Virus record (IMG/VR): IMGVR_UViG_3300021431_004524
Span: 128,001 to 192,000 of that record
From: a virus
Taxonomy: Duplodnaviria; Caudoviricetes
DNA: 64,000 bases
Direction: 5' to 3' (one strand)
Shown here: positions 9,221 through 15,995 of the stretch, piece by piece
How positions within the stretch are numbered: the first letter of the stretch is position 1
How the letters are laid out: every line of letters starts with the position of its first letter
Program-made: the position numbers and the translations under genes
The notes under the pieces: generated by a model
Database searches by the model: none
What the model was told of the DNA's origin: nothing
Seen by the model: only the letters and a program-made list of their open reading frames with translations

Positions 9221-9533
9221 AAGTTGAAATTAATTCAGCAATGTTGATGCAATGAAGATTATCATTGAAATCTGAGTTTATGCAGCGGTGGCCAGGTAAT
9301 TGCATCAGTAGTGGGTCAAACGACACTATGGTCAAATTGTTGGATTTACTTGCAGGGATTTCGACTTTTTTATGGAGAGTAAGGTGGCGCACTCCGCCGG
9401 AATAAAACGTCACGCTTATAAGTTGGAATTTTTAAATGCCTATTAGGACACCGAAAGGGTCGGGAGTAGATTTCATCCAAAAATTCGTATGAGGATTTCG
9501 AAAGGGTATTTAATCTTCGAAGGATTTCAACTT
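9221..9533 (+). ncRNA. candidate large structured ncRNA
   Basis: AAGTTGAAAT/ATTTCAACTT closing stem, internal GATGCAAT/ATTGCATC, GNRA hairpins; ORF-free gap in tRNA array. Confidence 0.4.
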
Positions 9534-9700
9534 TTTTGATATGGTTTTATTCTGACTTCGAGTAATGGCAATTCGGCAGAAAGCATTTGTAGGTTGTTAG
9601 ATGCTATAGAGTGATAATGGTTGGAGTCCATAATGTCGTTTTGTGTTATCTACTGCTTGGAGAACTCTAATTAAAACTATTTTTGCTTTATTATATAAAT

Positions 9701-10226
9701 GGAGACATAAGCCTAATTGGTAAGGCAGTGGTCTTGAATTTAATTCGAGTGCTATGGCGAGAAATCCCATAGTAGAATCTCCCTAAAACGGTGGAATTCC
9801 TTAAATAATAAGATACACTTATCTTACTACTTGTCAAATATTTAAGTGTATAATACTCGAAATTGAAATTAGAGGTGACTCCGAACCACAACGTTTAGTA
9901 ATTCCATAAAAATTAGACAAGGGAATTAATGTGGATTAACGTACTTATTATTTCAGAGACAGTTTATGCTTTAACTATAGTTCAAATACTGCATGAACAT
10001 TAAGAGAACACTACACTAACCAATAATGTGTAAGGATAATACCGTTCGAAAATAACTTATATCGGGTGGGTAAACTCTCTACAGAAGTGATGGTAATAAG
10101 GGGAGAGGATAAGTTATGAACGTGTAGAGACTGAACGGGAGATACCTAAGTTGAAATTAAAGGCATCACAATAGTGCGTGTCAGGCTTGCAAGCATTTCA
10201 ATATGGTAATAATAAACTGTCTTCCA
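9701..10226 (+). pseudogene. tRNA 5' half (Ser-like) interrupted by a decayed group I intron
   Basis: 5' exon GGAGACA...GTGGT CTT; P1 CTTGAAT/ATTCGAG with U.G; P3 ATCTCCC/GGGAGAT; R-motif GTAGAGACTGAACGG; P7 3' strand and 3' exon T-arm not found. Confidence 0.65.
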
Positions 10227-10230
10227 TTAA

Positions 10231-10320
10231 GGAGGGGTAACCGGTGTGGTATACCGGCGCGGTCTTGAAAACCGTTGGTTCGTGTAACAAGCGAATGGGA
10301 ATCGTGCTCTCACCCCTCCG
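10231..10320 (+). tRNA. tRNA-Ser(TGA)
   Basis: GGAGGGG/CCCCTCC-G, long variable arm, atypical T-loop. Confidence 0.8.
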
Positions 10321-10382
10321 CGTTTTTTTTTTTGTAAAACATCAACAAGAAGAGAAAAATTCTTAATAATGGTTGGACTAAA

Positions 10383-10469
10383 GGAGAGTGAACCTGTCGG
10401 GGATAGGGGCTGTCTGCTAAACAGTTCGTCCGGAGTATTTTGGATGTGGGTCGGGACCACCGCTCTCCG
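10383..10469 (+). tRNA. tRNA-Ser(GCT)
   Basis: GGAGAGT/GCTCTCC-G, CTGCTAA loop, long variable arm. Confidence 0.8.
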
Positions 10470-10480
10470 CAGAGTTATAT

Positions 10481-10602
10481 GGGCATATGGTGTAATGGAC
10501 TAACACGGCGCAAGCAAGGCGACTCTCACGCTCAGTGGCTTGAGCAACCACAAAAAAGAGAGTGTTGAAGTACAGATTTCGGTTTGAATCCGGATGTGTC
10601 CT
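10481..10602 (+). ncRNA. tRNA-like RNA with anticodon arm replaced by structured ~65-nt insert
   Basis: Acceptor GGGCATA/TGTGTCC, D-arm GTGT/ACAC, T-arm TTCGG TTTGAAT CCGGA intact; insert ACTCTC/GAGAGT, GCTCA/TGAGC, GTGG/CCAC. Confidence 0.6.
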
Positions 10603-10636
10603 CTAAGTTTAACATTAAAGAAGAAAGGATAGAATT

Positions 10637-11308
10637 ATGGATTCAAGTTGGAAATACCCAAGAACGTTTCACGTCCCGTTCTCAGAAGGGTTACAGAATG
10701 ATGACAGACGTGTTGATGACGATTGGTTTTCCTATTTGAAGGGAAAGGAACTTATTCTTAGCGAAAAATGCGACGGTGAGAATAATTCTATATCTCGTTA
10801 TGGTGTTTATGCTCGTTCTCATGCAGCACCTACAAGGAATCCTTGGTCAATAAACCTATGGGGAAATGACGGACTTTATTGGAGAGTTAAGGATTTGATT
10901 GGTGAAGATGAAATGATTTACGGTGAGAACTTATATGGTGTTCATTCAATTGAATATAACAGGTTGAAGGAATATTTCCATATGTTTGCCGTAAGGGATG
11001 AAGAGAAATGGTATTCTTGGGATGATGTTTCAGAAATGGCACAGATTCTTGATTTGCCGACTGTTCCTGTATTGGAAAGACGTTCATTTGACACTGAGGA
11101 TGAATTAAAGGAACGTGTATTATATTGGATGACGCAAGGCAGTAGGTATGGTGATACTATTGAGGGTGTTGTTATCCGTAATGCAGATAGTTATCCGATT
11201 GATGAGTTTTGCCATAATGTTGTGAAGTATGTACGTAAGAATCATGTTCAGACTGACCAATTTTGGGCAAAGAATTGGAGAAAAGCAAAAATAACGGAAT
11301 ATTATTAA
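10637..11308 (+). CDS. ATP-dependent RNA ligase (Rnl2-like family)
   Basis: KYPRT.H, motif I EKCDGEN, YGENL, EGVVIR, KYVR. Confidence 0.88.
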   Translation: MDSSWKYPRTFHVPFSEGLQNDDRRVDDDWFSYLKGKELILSEKCDGENNSISRYGVYARSHAAPTRNPWSINLWGNDGLYWRVKDLIGEDEMIYGENLYGVHSIEYNRLKEYFHMFAVRDEEKWYSWDDVSEMAQILDLPTVPVLERRSFDTEDELKERVLYWMTQGSRYGDTIEGVVIRNADSYPIDEFCHNVVKYVRKNHVQTDQFWAKNWRKAKITEYY

Positions 11309-11361
11309 CAACTTTTAATGAAAAATATTTGTGTATTTCAATGATTATTTGTACTTTTGCA
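11305..11361 (+). promoter_or_regulatory. Bacteroidota-type promoter for tnpB
   Basis: TTTG-N20-TACTTTTG. Confidence 0.7.
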
Positions 11362-11383
11362 CTCAGTTAATGAAAAAAAAATT

Positions 11384-12589
11384 ATGAAAAGAGGTTATAA
11401 GTATCGTATTTATCCAACAGAAGAGCAGAAGAATTATTTTAAGGTATGTTTTGCAGCAAACAGATGGTTTTGGAATTATGCTTTAGATAAAATCAATGCA
11501 CAATATGAAAAAGATAAAACACATTTGTCAGCACAATATAAGATTGCACGTGATTTACCATCCTTAAAAAAAGAGGAAAGTACATGTTGGATTGGGCACT
11601 GTGATGCAATGTCTTTTATTTACACGGCGCAAGCACTTGATGCATCTTTTAAGAAGTTTTTCAAGAAAGAAGGTGGGTTTCCAAAATATAAGTCGGCTAA
11701 ATATGATAATTCTTATACAATACAAATACAAGAAAAAGGTAAAACAATCATTGATTGGGATAAATCAATGATAAGAATAGGTAAAGCCGGCGATGTAAGT
11801 ATTGTTTTGCATAGGAAATTTAATGGGGTTATTAAATCGGTAACAGTTTCCAAGAAGAGTTTTGACTATTACGAAGTTTCACTTCTTGTTGATGATAATT
11901 TCGTCAAGCCGTCCGAAAAACGTATAACTACGTATGATGGTACTGTTGGAATCGACCTTGGGGTAAAATCCGATTCAAATGTAATTTTAACTGATGGCAC
12001 TAAATTTCCTGCAATTGAAGTAGGACGTGAAACTAAACGTATTGCAAGACTTAGACGTAGACTTTCCAAGAAGGAATGGAAAAAAACCGGTGAGAAAAGA
12101 TTTTCCAAAAAATATGGTAAGGAAGTTGATGTAAAAGTTCCCTCCAAGAATTACATAAAGTTAAAGAATCGTATTGCGAAACTTGAAGATGAAATTGTCA
12201 GAAAACGTACTTATAATACGCATATGATTACATCTTATGTCGCTAAGAATCCAAACGTCAATACGGTCTGCATTGAAGATTTGAATGTTAAGGGAATGGC
12301 TAAGAACCATCATATTGCAAAGTCCGTAAGTAATGCGAATATGGGTGAGGTTAAAAGGCAACTTGAATATAAATGTGATTGGAATGGAAAGAATCTGGTT
12401 ACTGTTGACAGATTTTATGCAAGTTCACAAATCTGTTCGTGTTGTGGGTTTAAAAACGAAAAGGTGAAGAATTTGTCGGTAAGACAATGGGTCTGTCCGA
12501 ATTGCGGGGTACATCATGATAGGGATGTGAATGCCGCACTTAATATTAAAAATGAAGGATATAGAATTATAACTGAAGGAAAACAGTGA
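11384..12589 (+). CDS. tnpB: TnpB / Cas12f-like RNA-guided RuvC nuclease, catalytically intact
   Basis: YKYRIYPT HTH start; RuvC D (GIDLG), E (IEDL), D (DRDVNAA); CSCC/CPNC Zn finger; likely start ATG 11384; no tnpA nearby. Confidence 0.92.
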   Translation: MKRGYKYRIYPTEEQKNYFKVCFAANRWFWNYALDKINAQYEKDKTHLSAQYKIARDLPSLKKEESTCWIGHCDAMSFIYTAQALDASFKKFFKKEGGFPKYKSAKYDNSYTIQIQEKGKTIIDWDKSMIRIGKAGDVSIVLHRKFNGVIKSVTVSKKSFDYYEVSLLVDDNFVKPSEKRITTYDGTVGIDLGVKSDSNVILTDGTKFPAIEVGRETKRIARLRRRLSKKEWKKTGEKRFSKKYGKEVDVKVPSKNYIKLKNRIAKLEDEIVRKRTYNTHMITSYVAKNPNVNTVCIEDLNVKGMAKNHHIAKSVSNANMGEVKRQLEYKCDWNGKNLVTVDRFYASSQICSCCGFKNEKVKNLSVRQWVCPNCGVHHDRDVNAALNIKNEGYRIITEGKQ

Positions 12590-12595
12590 ATAAAA

Positions 12596-12760
12596 AACCC
12601 TACCCAGGTGTATCGGGGATGTTAAGTCTGTGGATTACCCTCTAATGGATGAACGTGATTTATCACCTAAAAAGTTATGGTAAGTTGAATCAGAAAAACG
12701 GTTTACAACAAGTAAACGACCACCTAAGAAGCGATTTTTAGGTAACATTTTTAAAAGTAA
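12596..12760 (+). ncRNA. omegaRNA/tracrRNA-like segment
   Basis: Typical TnpB 3' flank pattern (GGGGATGTTAAGTCTGTGGA...TGAATCAGAAA) with hairpins; CACCTAA and TAACATTTT complementary to the CRISPR repeat. Confidence 0.6.
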
Positions 12761-12791
12761 TGTGGCGTAATCAATGCTTTATTGGAAATAT

Positions 12792-13197
12792 GGTGTATGC
12801 TGTATTAAAATGTTAGGTAAATACAACTGGAGTTGGTTGCATCCATTAGCGACAAAGCGGTGTATGTCATATTAAAATGTTAGGCGAATACAACAGGACT
12901 TCAAACCTACCCTCGAAAAGAACGGGTGTATGCCTCATTAAAATGTTAGGTGAATACAACCAGTAGTTAAGAGCCTCTTAAAGCAATGGGGTGTATACCA
13001 CATAAAATGCTAGGTAAATACAACTCAGACAGTCGAATGTTTCTTTGTCCTTTGGTGTATACTACATTAAAATGCTAGGTAAATACAACTTATTTCCTCT
13101 TGTTTCTTCGCTATTGAGGATGTATGTCACATTAAAATGCTAGGTGAATACAACGACCCGCTATCAAGGTCTTCCAATTGTTTGGTGTATGTTACAT
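12792..13197 (+). CRISPR. CRISPR array: 6 full 35-36-nt repeats plus a truncated 7th, 6 spacers of 29-31 nt
   Basis: Repeat GGTGTATnnnnnATTAAAATGYTAGGYRAATACAAC at 12792, 12859, 12925, 12990, 13054, 13119, (13184). Confidence 0.93.
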
Positions 13198-13211
13198 GAG
13201 ATTTGTATTAC

Positions 13212-13282
13212 TGGACCATGGTGTAATGGTAGCACCACAGATTTTGGTTCTGTCAGTTTCGGTTCGAATCCGGATGGTCCAA
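13212..13282 (+). tRNA. tRNA-Gln(TTG)
   Basis: TGGACCA/TGGTCCA; ACAGA TTTTGGT TCTGT. Confidence 0.9.
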
Positions 13283-13288
13283 CTATTT

Positions 13289-13360
13289 TGGAGATTGGTG
13301 TAATTGGCAACACGTGACACTCTGGATGTCAAATTATCAGTCCGAGTCTGGTATCTCCAA
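13289..13360 (+). tRNA. tRNA-Gln(CTG)
   Basis: TGACA CTCTGGA TGTCA. Confidence 0.87.
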
Positions 13361-13367
13361 CTAATTT

Positions 13368-13412
13368 GGCTTCATGCCGATACTCGTCCGGGTTCGAGTC
13401 CCGGTGAAGCCA
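13368..13412 (+). ncRNA. tRNA minihelix (acceptor plus T-arm only; Leu-like acceptor)
   Basis: GGCTTCA-13nt-CCGGG TTCGAGT CCCGG-TGAAGCC-A. Confidence 0.7.
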
Positions 13413-13484
13413 CTAAACAAATAGTCATTTAGTATTGAAAAACTGTTAAACTATATTTATATTAATATTAAATTTAATTAAAAG

Positions 13485-13784
13485 ATGGATGATATACTTG
13501 ACAGATATTTAGATGAAACACTTCTTACTGAGGAAGAGAGACAGAAAGTACAGCAACTTGCCGGTGATTATAATAGATTAGATATGGATTTATTTATAAG
13601 CAGAATTGGGGGTGCTGAAAAGATTGAAGAAATGAGGCGTATCAATGACAAGGCTGATAGAATGTATGTTGTCGATGGCGTAGTACATCATAAATCTGAC
13701 AAAACAAATGAAGATATTGAGGAATGGAAGAAAGGTTTTATGGAAGGATTTGAAGAAGCATACAAAAGATTAAACATGAAATAA
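13485..13784 (+). CDS. hypothetical protein
   Basis: 99-aa acidic ORF after a TATTTAT motif. Confidence 0.65.
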   Translation: MDDILDRYLDETLLTEEERQKVQQLAGDYNRLDMDLFISRIGGAEKIEEMRRINDKADRMYVVDGVVHHKSDKTNEDIEEWKKGFMEGFEEAYKRLNMK

Positions 13785-13806
13785 AAGATATATTTATCTA
13801 TAATAT

Positions 13807-14204
13807 GGGGATAACAGGAATTTGACAGCAAGTATGAAATGGTCTGTAAGCATGCAGTGTGAAGACTATTACACCTAAATCAATTGGTCGAACAATTAAT
13901 TGGCGAAACAACTTACGCTCTCGCTGCCTAATCGAAGTACAGTAGGTTACTGGCTTAATTCCCTTACAAGGTGAGGGAACGAGACATCACTTAATGAGTT
14001 ATTTTCTGAGACTTGTTAGTATAGTGGTGCAGGGAAATCAGAAATAGTCGGTCTATGCCTTGATGGATTGATGAAATTTAAAAGGATAAGAATGCAATTT
14101 GGTAGTCCAAGTCGTGTTGCATTATGAAAATCAAAATTGAACTAAGCATGTAGAAAGCATATTGTTTCCTTGTTTGGACGAGGTTTCGATTACCTCTATC
14201 TCCA
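13807..14204 (+). ncRNA. ssrA: tmRNA
   Basis: GGGGAT...GAATTTGAC 5' end; tag GETTYALAA* (13902-13931); 3' GACGAGGTTTCGATTACCTC-TATCTCCA. Confidence 0.93.
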
Positions 14205-14215
14205 CAAATTAGGAT

Positions 14216-14301
14216 GCCGTTGTACCCGAACTGGTATAGGGGACAGTCTAAGGAACTGTTGCGACGGAAGTTGCGTGAGGGTTCGACTCCCTCCAACGGC
14301 A
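14216..14301 (+). tRNA. tRNA-Leu(AAG)
   Basis: ACAGT CTAAGGA ACTGT, long variable arm, A73. Confidence 0.85.
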
Positions 14302-14311
14302 CAAACATGAT

Positions 14312-14463
14312 GGTTCCGTAGCTCAGTTGGATAGAGCAACTGCCTCTACAGAGTAGTTCACTGTGACGAACTTCATTACATGGTATTTAGAATACTTAAC
14401 GGAGCGAAACCGTGTGTAATGGCTCTAAGCAGTAGGTCATGCGTTCGAGCCGCATCGGAATCA
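14312..14463 (+). tRNA. tRNA-Arg(TCT) with 78-nt intron (14346-14423)
   Basis: GGTTCCG/CGGAATC; A20; ACTGC CT|...|TCTAA GCAGT. Confidence 0.82.
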
Positions 14464-14497
14464 CAAAATAATTATATTTATAATAAAATAGAGTGAA

Positions 14498-15154
14498 ATG
14501 ACAAATTTTGGTATTCCTGAACGAGTTGGTGAATATGATATAAAAATAGGTGAGTACTCTGTTCATGTAAGTATTCATCAAATGAATGCCCGTATGTCTA
14601 AAATGGATTTGTTGGGTACAAGAGGAACAATTGGTGGAACTAAGAGTATATTAGGACATGATATAACCGTTACTGATAAAGAAGGAAATATAGTTAAAAG
14701 TATAAAGGATATCGATGAAAGATATTTTACTGAATATATGGAATCTATATATAAAGAATATATGGATATAAATCCAGAAAAATTGAGTAATAAACTATAT
14801 AGTTTTATATGTTATGGAAATGGGCGTAGATTATCGATTCCAACAGGAGGGGTTAAAATATCAAGTATAGGCGATAATTTCGTTAAGGTAATATATGCCA
14901 TTGATAAATGGGGTGTTGATATAGATGGACTTATAACTGACCTTACTAACATAGGATGTACAGTAAAGAGACTTAAAGACAAAAATATAAGGTCATTCAG
15001 TTGTTTTGTATTGTCGGTATTAATACCGAAGCAGTTAAGTATAACTGAAGGAATAGTTGGTAAGAGATTGATAAGATTAACGGAATCTAATTTGCGTATG
15101 ATAATAGAAAATTCAGTGAATAGTGTACTGAAAGAAATGAAAATAGGAAAATAA
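14498..15154 (+). CDS. hypothetical phage protein with C-terminal RLTESNLRMIIENSV motif
   Basis: 218-aa ORF; motif of a type recurrent in large-phage proteins. Confidence 0.7.
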   Translation: MTNFGIPERVGEYDIKIGEYSVHVSIHQMNARMSKMDLLGTRGTIGGTKSILGHDITVTDKEGNIVKSIKDIDERYFTEYMESIYKEYMDINPEKLSNKLYSFICYGNGRRLSIPTGGVKISSIGDNFVKVIYAIDKWGVDIDGLITDLTNIGCTVKRLKDKNIRSFSCFVLSVLIPKQLSITEGIVGKRLIRLTESNLRMIIENSVNSVLKEMKIGK

Positions 15155-15176
15155 TTTTTCTTGAAATTTACAATTT

Positions 15177-15256
15177 TTAACGAAAAAAGTTTGGTAGTTT
15201 CAGAAATATGTAGTATCTTTGCACTGTCAAACGATGACAAAGAGTTCTTTAATATA
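15177..15256 (+). promoter_or_regulatory. Bacteroidota-type promoter plus boxA-like motif for the Y-RNA cluster
   Basis: TTTG(15190)-N20-TATCTTTG(15214); GAGTTCTTTAATAT at 15242. Confidence 0.7.
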
Positions 15257-15284
15257 TTTATAATGTAGAAAACAAAAAAATTAC

Positions 15285-15362
15285 GAATAGTGATGTGAGA
15301 GTTACTTCGATAAAATAGTGTGGATATTTTCAATCAAAACTCACTCTCGCTGTTTTTCTTTC
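15285..15362 (+). ncRNA. minimal Y-RNA-like stem (no tRNA domain)
   Basis: TAGTGA-GTGAGAG-TTACTTCGA ... CTCTCGC-TTTTCT. Confidence 0.7.
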
Positions 15363-15385
15363 GTTTTTTTTTTTTAAGATATAAG

Positions 15386-15528
15386 TTGGTAGTGAAGTTA
15401 AGGGTTACTTCGATTAATTATTGGTTCGAATCCAATAGATTCCGTTTGGGAATTTTGGCGAAAAGGTTAAACGCGAAACACTTGAAATGTTTTTTAGACA
15501 GAAACTCACCCTTGCTGTGATTCTCCAA
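15386..15528 (+). ncRNA. Y-RNA-like RNA with tRNA domain opened at the variable loop (T-acceptor-D-anticodon TGA)
   Basis: ATTGG TTCGAAT CCAAT; ATTCC/GGAAT; GCG..CGC; AAACA CTTGAAA TGTTT; stem AAGGG/CCCTT. Confidence 0.75.
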
Positions 15529-15538
15529 TTTTTTTATA

Positions 15539-15678
15539 CGGGCGTAAAGTTTAGAAAAAGAAATTTACTGAAGGTATTTTCTTTGATTTTTCAATAGTGA
15601 ACTTTACAGTTACTTCGAATGGTTAAAACGTTATCCTGTCAAGATAAAGATTCTGGGTTCGACTCCCAGTACGCCCGC
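15539..15678 (+). ncRNA. tRNA-Asp(GTC) body with a circularly permuted Y stem inserted in the D-loop
   Basis: CGGGCGT/ACGCCCG, TTATC CTGTCAA GATAA, T-arm; Y 3' strand precedes 5' strand, closed by TTGA-TTTT-TCAA. Confidence 0.75.
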
Positions 15679-15683
15679 AAACA

Positions 15684-15814
15684 ACAAGTAGTGACAGAAG
15701 AGTTACTTCGATTTTTTAGCTAAGTTGGTTATAGCACAAAACAGTTAATTTTGGTGACCGGGGTTCGAGTCCCCGAAGAATCTATTTTGTAATACTCTTC
15801 TAATTTTCTCTTGT
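15684..15814 (+). ncRNA. Y-RNA-like RNA enclosing a whole tRNA-Asn(GTT)-like cloverleaf (15710-15783)
   Basis: Stem AGAAGAGT/ACTCTTCT; CAAAA CAGTTAA TTTTG; CGGGG TTCGAGT CCCCG. Confidence 0.78.
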
Positions 15815-15849
15815 TTTTCTTTTGAAAGTAGTATGTATTTATAAGAAAT

Positions 15850-15986
15850 ATGCAGTAGTGACGTGACTGTTACTTCGATAACATTTAGACAAGTGGTTAA
15901 GTCGCAATTTTTGGGTAATTGAGAACGCCGGTCCAATTCCGGCAATGTTGTAAACAATAGCAAACAGTCACAAATTTTCTCTGTAT
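15850..15986 (+). ncRNA. Y-RNA-like RNA enclosing a whole tRNA-Pro(TGG)-like cloverleaf (15879-15951)
   Basis: Stem GTGACTG/CAGTCAC; CAATT TTTGGGT AATTG; GCCGG TCCAATT CCGGC. Confidence 0.78.
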
Positions 15987-15995
15987 TTTTATGAT

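Noticed and set aside
5644-10460. Short ORFs across the tRNA array (e.g. 6028, 6476, 7175, 8812, 8997, 10227)
   Set aside because: They overlap tRNAs or structured RNAs and have no protein motifs.
11384-12760. Autonomous IS200/IS605 or IS607 element
   Set aside because: No tnpA is adjacent and a phage-type promoter sits where a left end would be; non-autonomous origin is not excluded.
13090-13101. Spacer 5 self-match to AAGAGGAAATAA near 3528
   Set aside because: Only about 12 nt, expected by chance in AT-rich DNA.
14339-14433. Alternative splice of tRNA-Arg giving an amber suppressor (CT CTA AA)
   Set aside because: It breaks the U|NTA...C| consensus of the other four introns; A20 and the body fit Arg(TCT).
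15320-15963. ORFs 15320-15520 and 15745-15963; GTTACTTCGA repeats read as a CRISPR array
   Set aside because: The repeats are short, irregularly spaced and part of covarying RNA stems; the ORFs overlap these RNAs.
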